The notes under the pieces: model-generated
Database searches by the model: none
What the model was told of the DNA's origin: nothing
What the model saw: only the letters and a program-made list of their open reading frames with translations
Source: Macrostomum lignano
Lineage: Eukaryota
Direction of reading: 5' to 3'
Assembly (NCBI GenBank): GCA_002269645.1
Contig: NIVC01002392.1
Coordinates: 62,001 to 126,000 of the forward strand
DNA: 64,000 nt
Shown here: piece by piece, positions 46,701 through 57,780 of the stretch
How positions within the stretch are numbered: position 1 is the first letter of the stretch
How the letters are laid out: each line of letters starts with the position of its first letter
Program-made: the position numbers and the translations under genes

Positions 46701-47861
46701 TGGGTAGGTTGGGGATTGGTTGGGTAGGTTTGGGAGACTGATCGGGTAGGTTGGGGATTGGTTGGGTAGGTTTGGGAGACTGATCGGGTAGGTTGGGGAT
46801 TGGTTGGGTAGGTTTGGGAGACTGATCGGGTAGGTTGGGGATTGGTTGGGTAGGTTTGGGAGACTGATCGGGTAGGTTGGGGATTGGTTGGGTAGGTTTG
46901 GGAGACTGATCGGTTAGGTTGGGGATTGGTTGGGTAGGTTTGGGAGACTGATCGGGTAGGTTGGGGATTGGTTGGGTAGGTTTGGGAGACTGATCGGGTA
47001 GGTTGGGGATTGGTTGGGTAGGTTTGGGAGACTGATCGGGTAGATTTGGTGGGTTTTGGCGCTGGCTGGGCAGGTTGAGATTAGTTGGGTAGGTTGGGAG
47101 ACTGGTTGGGTAGGTTGGGAGACTGGTTGGGTAGGTTGGGAGACTGGTTGGGTAGGTTGGGAGACTGGTTGGGTAGGTTGGGAGACTGGTTGGGTAGGTT
47201 GGGAGATTGGGTTAGGAGACTAGTTGGGTAAGATGGAGAATTCCGTGGGTAGGTTGAGGTTGGGGATTGGTTGGGTAGGTTGGGAGAGCAGATGGCTAAC
47301 AGAGGTAAATAAATCCATCAGTCAATAAATCAATCACCTGTCAGGAATGACCAGTCCTGGCGGATCCGGGAACGGGTCGTCCAGCACAATGGTGTGGTAG
47401 ATGCGGACATCCTGGAACGGCCGGTGGTCCCTGTCGCAGTAGACCTCGTTCAACTTGTCCAAGATGTCGAAGCCCTCGGCCACCTGGCCGAACACGGTGT
47501 GCACGCCGTCCAGTGAGTCGATTGAGTCGCCCAGAGTGATGAAGAACTGCGAGCCGTGCCTATCCGAGCCGCTATTAACCATGCTCACGCAGCCTCTGCG
47601 CAGGTGCTTCATCTTCGGCCGCAGCTCCCTATCAAAGTACTTCTCACCACCGAGCATGGCGTAGACGGCCTCCCCGCCGCTGCCGCTGCCAGTGGGGTCG
47701 CCAGTCTGAGCCACCAGACCGCGCTGCACAGAGTGGAACAGGCACCAGTTGTAGTACTTCACTTTGCACAGTTTCAGGAAGTTCTCGCAGCAGCGGGGCC
47801 GCTCCCTGCAGTACAGGTCTACCGTGATGTCGCCTAGGGAGGTCTCGATCAGCACAGACAT
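43702..47861 (-). CDS. PPIL4: Peptidyl-prolyl isomerase-like 4 (cyclophilin + RRM + RS-like tail), about 555 aa
   Basis: Exons 47861..47338, 45997..45693 and 44540..43702 with matching phases (2 and 1). [17 protein letters not shown]...[16 protein letters not shown]|[35 protein letters not shown]|[10 protein letters not shown] and [16 protein letters not shown] are diagnostic of PPIL4. Confidence 0.95.
43830..44330 (-). repeat. Coding 42-nt tandem repeat encoding (SRNRRSPSP[D/E/K]QQQ[R/K/H])n in the PPIL4 C-terminus
   Basis: About 12 copies, in frame in the last exon. Confidence 0.85.
44570..44808 (-). mobile_element. tRNA-derived CORE-like SINE (copy 2), in PPIL4 intron 2
   Basis: Reverse complement of the copy 1 body: ...CTCAATTACCCCAGCTAATGCTGGCACCCATTTCACAGCTGGGTGAACTGAAGCAATGCAGAGTTAAGTG...GAATCGAAC...CCGACGCTCT...CTAGGCTACAACC. 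Confidence 0.85.
45263..45522 (+). mobile_element. tRNA-derived CORE-like SINE (copy 3), in PPIL4 intron 2
   Basis: GGTTGTAACCTAGTGGTCAGAGCGTCGGA, B box GGTTCGATTC, CORE-like block and (TTA)n tail; collinear with copy 1. Confidence 0.85.
46005..47285. repeat. G-rich higher-order minisatellite in PPIL4 intron 1 (20-nt GGGTAGGTTGGGGATTGGTT alternating with 22-nt GGGTAGGTTTGGGAGACTGATC)
   Basis: A 42-nt dimer, plus a unique marker TTTGGTGGGTTTTGGCGCTGGCTGGGCAGG at about 46618 and 47047 that shows a 430-nt block duplication. Confidence 0.96.
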
Positions 47862-48000
47862 GCCGGATGCATCAATTATCAGTTCAGTGTGTCTGCTAGT
47901 TAGATTGCTTCAGGGTGCCTCTGGAAATTCGAACTTCAGGGGGCTTCTAACTCCTGCATTGGCACTTCAGCTGGGCTGGAATTCTATCACTAGACTAGAG

Positions 48001-49455
48001 GTGAGATTTTAACCCAGTCTCTGATCCTTCAGGTGAGTGTCTCACCCTGTCTCTGATGCTACAGGTGAGATTTCTGACCCAGTCTCTGATCCTTCAGGTG
48101 AGTGGCTAACCCCGTCTCTGATCCTTCAGGTGAGTGTCTAACCCTGTCTCTGATCCTTCAGGTGAGTGGCTAACCCCGTCTCTGATCCTTCAGGTGAGTG
48201 TCTAACCCTGTCTCTGATCCTTCAGGTGAGTGGCTAACCCCGTCTCTGATCCTTCAGGTGAGTGTCTAACCCTGTCTCTGATCCTTCAGGTGAGTGGCTA
48301 ACCCTGTCTCTGATCCTTCAGGTGAGTGGCTAACCCCGTCTCTGATCCTTCAGGTGAGTGTCTAACCCTGTCTCTGATCCTTCAGGTGAGTGGCTAACCC
48401 CGTCTCTGATCCTTCAGGTGAGTGTCTCACCCTGTCTCTGATCCTTCAGGTGAGTGTCTCTGATCCTTCAGGTGAGATTTCTAACCCTGTCTCTGATCCT
48501 TCAGGTGAGATTCTAACCTAGTCTCTGATCCTTCAGATGAGTGTCTCACCCTGTCTCTGATGCTACAGGTGAGTGTCTAACCCTGTCTCTGATGCTACAG
48601 GTGAGATTTCTGACCCGGTCTCTGATCCTTCAGGTGAGTGTCTAACCCTGTCTCTGATCCTTCAGGTGAGATTTCTAACCTAGTCTCTGATCCTTCAGAT
48701 GAGTGTCTAACCCTGTCTCTGATGCTACAGGTGAGATTTCTGACCCAGTCTCTGATCCTTCAGGTGAGTGTCTAACCCTGTCTCTGATCCTTCAGGTGAG
48801 TGTCTAACCCTGTCTCTGATGCTACAGGTGAGATTTCTGACCCGGTCTCTGATCCTTCAGGTGAGTGTCTAACCCTGTCTCTGATGCTACAGGTGAGTGT
48901 CTAACCCTGTCTCTGATGCTTCAGGTGAGTGTCTAACCCCGTATCTGATGCTTCAGGTGAGTGTCTAACCCTGTCTCTGATGCTTCAGGTGAGTGTCTAA
49001 CCCTGTCTCTGATCCTTCAGGTGAGATTTCTGACCCAGTCTCTGATCCTTCAGGTGAGATTTCTGACCCTGTCTCTGATCCTTCAGGTGAGTGTCTAACC
49101 CTATCTCTGATCCTTCAGGTGAGATTCTAACCCTGTCTCTGATCCTTCAGGTGAGATTTCTAACCCTGTCTCTGATCCTTCAGGTGAGATTCTAACCCCG
49201 TCTCTGATCCTTCAGGTAAGTGTCTAACCCTGTCCCTGATCCTTCAGGTAAGTGTCTAACCCTGTCTCTGATCCTTCAGGTAAGTGTCTAACCCTGTCTT
49301 TGATCCTTCAGGTAAGTGTCTAACCCTGTCTTTGATCCTTCAGGTAAGTGTCTAACCCTGTCTTTGATCCTTCAGGTAAGTGTCTAACCCTGTCTTTGAT
49401 CCTTCAGGTAAGTGTCTAACCCTGTCTCTGATCCTTCAGGTGAGTGTCTAACCCA
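48001..49455 (+). repeat. Minisatellite, 32-nt unit GTGAGTGTCTAACCCTGTCTCTGATCCTTCAG, about 45 copies; each unit has intron-like signals
   Basis: The array starts exactly at AG|GTGAGA (48001). Units carry GTGAGT/GTAAGT, CTAAC, a pyrimidine tract and CAG. Confidence 0.97.
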
Positions 49456-49899
49456 GGGTTTGATCATTTTGGTTTTTAAAAACGTTTTTTTTTACTTTTT
49501 CAGCTGACATTGAAAACGGCAACTTACTGCGTTCGCTAGTCAGGAACTGGATTCCACGAATTCCACTACTATTGAAGTATCGAAAGTGTTTCTTTTGTAA
49601 GTCCAGCAATCTACTTTGGTTTCCTACTTTTAACCTTTCTAGATCCAAAACTTTCTTTCTTAATTCAACTAAAGCTTAAAAAAGAAAAAAAACAAGTTAA
49701 AGGTTTAAAGAAGTTGCCAGATATTTGAAGTTTATTACAACACGAAGGACATTGAAAGTAGTGCAATAATAATACAGCGATTATTAGCAGTACGGGAGTA
49801 CCCAACGGGTACAATGAGTTTGTTGAGTTTGAGTTTGCCGCTGTATTTCTGAATAGCTGAGACACATGGATTTACAGATTATTTAAAACGGATTGTTAG

Positions 49900-51155
49900 A
49901 GGCTGGATTAGTAATCCAGAGGCTGGATTAGTAATCCAGAGGTTAGATTAGCAATCCACAGGCTAGATTAGCAATCCACAGGCTAGATTAGCAATCCCAT
50001 AGTACACCATGACCCAAGGCTAGATTAGCAATTCACAGGCTAAACTAGCAATCCACAGGCTAGATTAGCAATCCCATAGTTCACCATGACCCACAGGCTA
50101 GACTAGCAATCCACAGGCTAGATTAGCAATCCCATAGTATACCATGACCCACAGGCTAGATTGGCAATCCACAGGCTAGATTAGCAATCCCATAGTACAC
50201 CATGACCTACAGGCTAGATTAGCAATCCCATAGTACACCATGACCCACAGGCTAGACTAGCAATCCACAGGCTAGATTAGCAATCCCATAGTATACCATG
50301 ACCCACAGGCTAGACTAGCAATCCACAGGCTAGATTAGCAATCCCATAGTACACCATGACCCACAGGCTAGATTAGCAATCCCATAGTACACCATGACCC
50401 ACAGGCTAGATTAGCAATTCCATAGTACACCATGACCCACAGGCTAGACTAGCAATCCACAGGCTAGATTAGCAATCCCATAGTATACCATGACCCACAG
50501 GCTAGACTAGCAATCCACAGGCTAGATTAGCAATCCCATAGTACACCATGACCCACAGGCTAGATTAGCAATCCCATAGTACACCATGACCCACAGGCTA
50601 GATTAGCAATTCCATAGTACACCATGACCCACAGGCTAGATTAGCAATTCCATAGTACACCATGACCCACAGGCTAGATTAGCAATCCCATAGTACACCA
50701 TGACCCACAGGCTAGACTAGCAATCCACAGGCTAGATTAGCAATCCCATAGTACACCATGACCCACAGGCTAGATTAGCAATCCCATAGTACACCATGAC
50801 CCACAGGCTAGATTAGCAATTCCATAGTACACCATGACCCACAGGCTAGATTAGCAATTCCATAGTACACCATGACCCACAGGCTAGATTAGCAATCCCA
50901 TAGTACACCATGACCCACAGGCTAGACTAGCAATCCACAGGCTAGATTAGCAATCCCATAGTACACCATGACCCACAGGCTAGATTAGCAATCCCATAGT
51001 ACACCATGACCCACAGGCTAGATTAGCAATTCCATAGTACACCATGACCCACAGGCTAGATTAGCAATTCCATAGTACACCATGACCCACAGGCTAGATT
51101 AGCAATCCCATAGTACACCATGACCCACAGGCTAGACTAGCAATCCACAGGTTAG
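49900..51155. repeat. Higher-order minisatellite: 38-nt GGCTAGATTAGCAATCCCATAGTACACCATGACCCACA interleaved with 20-nt GGCTAGACTAGCAATCCACA
   Basis: Tandem array downstream of BUD31 with repeating multi-unit blocks. Confidence 0.96.
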
Positions 51156-51295
51156 ATTAGATTGCAAGTTTTTTAGATTTGCAATCATAGTTCATAATCC
51201 CTATAAGCTACATTATCAGGTCAAACGAGTCCCCCAAGTCCGGTGCCTAATCGCGGAATAAAACAAATCAATCGGCTAAGCCGGCAGAAGGCCGC

Positions 51296-51730
51296 TCAGC
51301 CGGAGCAGCCGCGGCAGCCGCAGTTTTGACATTCAACAATTTTGCCTTCCTCCAGTTTGCTCTTGGGCACCCGGCAGATGCAGCTGGTGGCAAAGTTGGT
51401 GTCACGGCTCTGGATGCAGCGCAGGCAGCACAGGTTCTCGTATCCTTGCTTCTTCCACTTGGCCATGAGACTGGCGTCCGCCAGCTTCTCTTTGATGCAG
51501 TAGTCGAACAGCTCGCGAGAGATGGCCTTGCGCTTGTGGTAGAGGTCGAATATGTAGCGGGTGCGCTGGTGATGGATGCGGAAGATCGGCCACTCGGCCT
51601 CCACTTTGCGCTTGCCTTCGTGCGGCTCGCGCTCGGCCTCGCGCATCTTCTTGTTGAGCTCCTCCAGGGTGGGCTCGATCATCTCGTAGCCGTCTGGCGG
51701 CGGCTTCTTGGTTCTGCGCACTTTGCCCAT
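51296..51730 (-). CDS. BUD31: Pre-mRNA splicing factor BUD31 (G10), 144 aa, intronless
   Basis: [25 protein letters not shown]...[32 protein letters not shown]...[23 protein letters not shown]...CICRVPK...[11 protein letters not shown]; full-length family match. Confidence 0.98.
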   Translation of the reverse strand: MGKVRRTKKPPPDGYEMIEPTLEELNKKMREAEREPHEGKRKVEAEWPIFRIHHQRTRYIFDLYHKRKAISRELFDYCIKEKLADASLMAKWKKQGYENLCCLRCIQSRDTNFATSCICRVPKSKLEEGKIVECQNCGCRGCSG

Positions 51731-52999
51731 GGCGAGCGATAGGATTCAGCGCTGCGGGAGGGGTCATGTCAGGTCAAGTTGTGATTGCTTCTAAGAAAGT
51801 GCAACTATTCTAGCAAATGACTGTATAGCCGCTGTATTGGGGGTCCTTGTACCATAGGGCGTGACCATAGAGTATGGGCAGTTGTTGTCTCTATAGCTGC
51901 TATAAACTGTAGTTGTAAATTAAAACTAATTAATTAAAACTTTTAATAACAATGGTTTAATATATAACCAGTTTATATTGATTCACAGAGCTTTTAATAA
52001 CTTATATATTATACTAATAGAACTTTGCTAAAGTTATAGCCATGGTTATGGAACATCATGACAACTGCAAAAAGTAAGTATGAGCACATACAATTCCTAG
52101 CTATTAGTCATTTCTTCTTAGTGACACTTTTCCCTATGAAAATATTCCCTACATCTAGCAAGGCTTTTCTAACCACATAGAAATTTTCATCTTTATATAT
52201 ATTTCTCAATTTGAAGGGCAATGTCCAGAATGAAGTGAATGAAGAAAACAAGTGCACTTAAATTTTGTAAAATTTTAAATTATTAAAAAGTTTTTAAAAA
52301 TACTTTAGAAATAGTAGTATACCTCAATAAAAAGGTAGACAACTTTGTTTTAAAAGTAATTAACACTGTGTTGTAATTACTTTATTACACAAAAAGATTT
52401 TTGCTTTAATACTCGTAAATAATATAGATACAGTGATGGCTTACTATAAAAACTATGGTAAAAAATACAAATCTAGGATTGCTAAAAATATATCTATAGT
52501 AAACAACTTTTCTATGAGATATAACTATTTAAACAATATAGAATGATACAACTCTAATACAATATAATTGAGTGGCAGTTACAAATATGCTTAGGCCTAG
52601 AGAATTATTAAATTTATAAAGAATATCTTCTCTGCATGCTTGGATCATAAACATAGAGTCTAGATATTGCATCACAACTTATTTCTTTGTATTGACCTTA
52701 TCCCAAAATCTAATGTATAAATCAAGCAGCTTCTTTTAGTTAAATTTGTTAACTGTTTTATCTATGCAAATAAAAAATTTTATTTTCTATAAAATATTGT
52801 CTAGCATCTTTTCCCAAAAGTAAGGCAGCAATCCCAATGTCATAAAGTAGGACACCTGAAATTAGACTTTAAAAAGCCATATAAAAACTATGAAAAGACT
52901 ATGTAAATGAAATATATAGGATTCTTATGTAGTTCAAAAAGGAGATCTTGGTAATATAATTCTTTAAAGTCACAAAATATTTTAAATGCAAATAGTTAG

Positions 53000-53240
53000 A
53001 TGGCATAGCTCTATGAGTAGGCCTTAAGTGCCACTAATTAGTGGAACATTGTGGGTTCAAGTCTTGCCAATAGTGATATACTTTTTAGGGTTCATTTAGC
53101 CTTTTATCCCTTTTGGCTTTGGGGTCAATAAAATAAGTACTAGGTCTAGTTTTGTATTAGTAAAACTAACAATGAGGCTCTAAGTTATATTAGCCCTGTA
53201 TCCTTCCTAAACTCTAAAGGCAAAGACTGCACATAATAGT
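53000..53240 (+). mobile_element. Heavily decayed tRNA-derived SINE of a second family
   Basis: A-box-like TGGCATAGCTCTATGAGTAGG, B box GGGTTCAAGTC (53053-53063), then TTCATTTAGCCTTTTATCCC...GGGGTCAATAAAATAAGTACTAG. This resembles a conserved metazoan SINE core of the type TTCAGCCTTTCATCC...GGGGTCGATAAAATAAGTACCAG, recalled from memory. Confidence 0.55.
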
Positions 53241-54359
53241 CTCTTCCTTAATTTAGGGCTTAGAAACAAAAAAGAGCATTGCTCCTACAATCTATAATAG
53301 ATCATAGAAGTCTATACATAGGCCCTAATCTTTAATAGAGGCTTTAGATCTTTTCTATAATCAGAAAAGTAGATTCTACCCATTTTTGAGTATAGGCTAC
53401 ATAGGCTATTTCTCTAGCATACTTGGTGCATTTGGCACAAAAAGAAAAATGAAAGCCTGCAACTTGATATAGCTGGTACATGGCATAGATACCCTTGATC
53501 AATTATTAATATGAAAAATTAGTAATTTTTGAAAAATATAAATTTTTGCATTTTTTAAAAAGCTTATACATTATAATAATATCTTTTATCTTTTATCATG
53601 ACAATCAATAATTCTATTATGACAATCGAAACTTGAAAGACTACTCAAAGTTAAACTCTATTTGCTATTTGCTACTTGCCATTTTTATATAATTTGCTAT
53701 AAATTTGTGGACAAAAACAAAGCCACTGCAAGTAATTGAGTCAAGCTAATCTAGAGTAACAATATATTATTTAACTGATTTTTAACTTTAAGATAGAGCC
53801 TATACGGTTCCTAGACCAGCGGCATAAACCAACCCTAGATAGGCAACTTTAAAAAATCAAAAGGGAGACCAAGTATATTTTTTCCAAAAACAGAGCCATC
53901 CTTCTGCCTTCTTGGTCTTTACTTTCTATCTGTCCCCCTTCTCAACAAATTTCTAGTTACATAATTATACTAGATATTATTGCCATCTTTGTCATTTTCA
54001 TTAACCATGGGTTTTTGGCCATTTTTATCATATCAAAAATGTTATTAAATCTAGATTATAAAGTGACCAACTTTTAAAAGGAAACTTTGTCATTTAAAGA
54101 TATTATAATAGGACTATAAATTATAGTATAATATTAATTGTAATTTGTAATTGTTTTAGAGATCTAATAATATATTATAATTTTATTTCTATGCCTATAA
54201 GTACAAATTTGCATCTATACTTTATACATCAGTGTATTTTGCTAGTAATAAGACAAATGGGAGGGTGACTATATGTAGATACATACAGGTGACTGTATGT
54301 CTAGTCTATCTTTTAGGTTTATAATTGTATGTATTCAATTGCAATGTAGCCACTTATGG

Positions 54360-56036
54360 TAGTGTTCTACTGTAGCTGTAGCTACAGCTATGGGATCCTA
54401 TGGCAAGTATGGTAAAATAGGTGCCTACGGCAGCTATGGATACGCCTATGGTAGCTAGCTGCTCTTATGGCTACTACTATGGAAATATAGTAGTTGTTGT
54501 CATATTCTGTAGATTCCCATAGCCATAGTTATTGATATTAAAAATTGAAAAAAATATTAGACACAGGTAGAGTAAAACAAAGATACTTTTAGTAAACTGT
54601 ATTTTCAACTTAGAAACTTTTACAATATACCTAAAAAAGTACAATAAAACACTAGCAGGAAAATCAGGAAAATGAAAGCAAAGGCAAACATTTGCATTTT
54701 TATCTTTGATAATACAAAATTAATTAATTTTGTTTGAGGAATTTTGTAACTTTGCATTGTCAAAGATAAAATGTGAATGTTTGCTTTTGCTTTCATTTTC
54801 CTGACTTTCCTCAAATGGTATACCTTACCTGGAAAACACTAGCAAACTCTAATTTTTATTAATGTGAAAAAGTTCAGCATTAGTACTTTCAGTAACAATT
54901 AAGTATTGTTGCTCTGAAAAAAGACGAAATATAATCTTACAAAGGCATTCTTGTGTTTCTTTTATTTTCTAACTTCATTTGCTGTTGTTTAAGCACTAGG
55001 TTATTTTCTTGATTCAAAATATTTTGTTTTCTAGACTTTTTGTTAAAACTATGGCTAGGCCTATAGGAACTACGGGAATATGGTAATATTGGTCCCTATG
55101 GCTATGGAATACAGAGAATTAGAATACACTATAGTTTTGCTTACGGCTACGACTACAGTATAGTGTTCTGCTGCCGCAAGTTTTGACCTCCGTAACCGTA
55201 ACCGTAGCCGTAAGAAAGAAGCAACTTCCGTAGCCGAATTTTGCCGTCATTACGGGCTAAAAAAGTCCGTAACCGTAATTTGCCGTAACCGTAGCCGTAA
55301 TGATATTTTTGCATGAAAAGTGGGGCAGACAGAAAAGGACAAATAAAAAGGATAAAAGGATAGCAATAAAACGTACTTGTTGTTCGTTCATGCATTAATA
55401 TTAATTTATTTTTTTCGTAAATATAATATCTTTATCTAAGTATTCTATAGCATTGTTGTATGCAATTGTGTGCTTGGTGCCTTTTTCAGTTTTCTGTGTT
55501 GTGATTCTGTTTTGTTTCGCTACAATATGCTAAGGAGCTAAATGCTACATATGGCTAAGAAATAAGAATGCCAGATTCTTAGTCTCTTGCAGGCTTTGAC
55601 TGGCTCTCTCTGTCTCACTGCTATCATGCTATCGCTATGCTATGCTATGCCGGATGCCTAATGAGAAAATTTGTGAAAAAATTCATTTTTTGTTTTCAAA
55701 AAGTTTCGTAGATATTTAGAAACTTAACAAATGTAAAAAAAATAATAACTAGTAAAACAAAATGAAAACTGGTTGAAGTTGATATAAAAAAAATTTCTTT
55801 TATAACACTAAACAGTTAAAAATAGATAATTTTTGTTACGGCTACCAATTACGGCAAGTCTAGAAAAATCTCTGTAATCCGTAACCGTAACCGTAAGCTC
55901 AAAATATGTCCGTAACCGTAATCCGTAATGAAAATACGGCTTCAAAAGTGTCGTAGCCGTAATTTGCCGTAGCTGTAACCGTAATTACGGCGGAACACTA
56001 CTACAGTACATGAACCCTCCTTAAGGAGGAACACTA
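54360..56036. mobile_element. Older, CpG-decayed non-autonomous hAT-like element that hosts the younger copy
   Basis: Termini TAGTGTTCTACT (54360) and AGGAGGAACACTA (ends 56036); flanks ACTTATGG and TCTTGTGG (6/8, a degenerate 8-bp TSD). Subterminal CTGTAG/CTATGG/CTACAG motifs are CpG-decayed versions of CCGTAG/CTACGG. Confidence 0.6.
55161..56000. mobile_element. Non-autonomous hAT-family DNA transposon (MITE-like), 840 bp
   Basis: TIRs TAGTGTTCTGCTG (55161) and CGGCGGAACACTA (ends 56000); perfect 8-bp TSD CTACAGTA at 55153-55160 and 56001-56008; many subterminal CCGTAA/CCGTAG/TTACGG motifs at both ends. An 8-bp TSD with TAG-starting TIRs is typical of hAT. Confidence 0.88.
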
Positions 56037-57780
56037 TCTTGTGGCTATTGATATAACAATAACGTAACTTGGTTGACAAATTTATATATAGCAAAGTTTT
56101 TGATATAAAAATGAATGACAAAGTGTTTATAGGGAATCAATATCAATGATGAAGTGTCTACATTAGTATTATAGATAAAAAAGTAGTAGGCCAGGCTTAA
56201 GTCCTAAGATGACAGTGTCCAAAAATATAAATAGGTGACAAAGTAATAAGATGACAAAGTGTTTAATAACTAACCATAGCATATGTCAACCCAAGTGCTG
56301 GCACATAGTACAACTAAAAGGATATAAAATTGCTTTAGGGGCCTAACATGGGCTTCTTGAAGTTTATGTTGATAAAATAGTTGCAATTTTGATAGGATCA
56401 TAATTCCGTCTCTATGAGGGTTTTTGATGGTGCTGATTTCAAATTTGAGCTCCATTTTTTGGTAGCTTTAACCCAATTATATGTAGCTTAAAGCCAACCA
56501 CCGGGGCATGGGGAATGGGGGGGGTTAAGGTAGGGAGATTTTTCATGAGGATTGATTTTATCAACATTAACTTCAATAAAGGCATGGAGACCCATTGTAG
56601 GTTATGTTGATTTATTCCAATCCTAATAGGGGGGGGGGGTTGTAGCTTAAAGCCAACCACTGGGGCATGGGGAATGGGGGGTTTCAGGGTGGGGAGATCG
56701 AGTGAATTGTGATTGCATCAACCAACCGTACAGCTGTACAGGTAACTTTCTGCTGTTTTTTTTTACATTTTTGAGATTTTGGGTGTCCCATAAGTGTCCA
56801 CCACAAGTTTTAGAAACACATGGTGCATGAGGAAAAATGGGGGAAATTTTTTCTAGGGGCCTACATTTGTTGTGCTGTGCAATACATCTTCATGGTTGTG
56901 GGATCTTTTAATTAAACTAAGTACATAATTTGGTCAAAAAATCTATAGTATAAACCAAGTAGAATATAATGCTCACAGAGCAATGCCTTTGCAATAGGGC
57001 AAAAAGCCAGGCCTTTGAAAAAAGATGTGACATAAAATAATAGGCCTAACCCTAAGTAAGGTCAAGGAATAGCCTGAGTAAGGAGGGGATGGTCTGAGGC
57101 CAAAATAAGGTGAAATAAGGAGTATAAGGAGAATAAGGAGACCTTCCACACCACGGAAATGGTTAAAAACTTTTAGCAGACATTTTAAAAGTTTAACCTT
57201 CAAATGTTCATTGGAAAAAGGGTCAAGTAAAGAAAAAGAAATTAAAAGTTGTATTCAAGTTCAAAATTACTTAACGAAACATCGAAGGACAGTTGCGATA
57301 AAGCATACGAAACTGAAAAAACCGATAGACAGTGCTACACCAACGTCAAAACCATAGATGTAGCCTAGCTACTAGCTACCATCGTCCATCCGTCGAATGC
57401 CAGCAGAATTCTTGCATTCCAGGAATTATAATAATTTTAAGTTTTTAAAAATAATAACAAAATAAACAAATAAATGTTTTTATTACTTTTCAATACGAAG
57501 CGCAGCACAAAGTCGTTTCAAACTGTTTATTACTCAAACTTTGCGTTCTATTTTCAGCAAAGTTGGATACAATTGGCTTTCAGTTAGTCATAGTTTCAGA
57601 TTAATAGTTCTGCTATAATTTCGACAAACCCTTCAAAGCCTCTCTCTGTATTCTACACACGATTGAATTGTCACTTCTATGCTGATCAATCGTTTGCATA
57701 TTTAACTGGAACGCAGGAAACTTAAGTGCTACATAAGTCGTTTCTTTTAGTGATTATTTTACACTGAGCTTGCCTGCATA

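Noticed and set aside
54790-54990. Possible remnant of a hAT transposase dimerisation domain inside the old element
   Set aside because: Only vague similarity with multiple stops and frameshifts; I cannot support it without a profile search.
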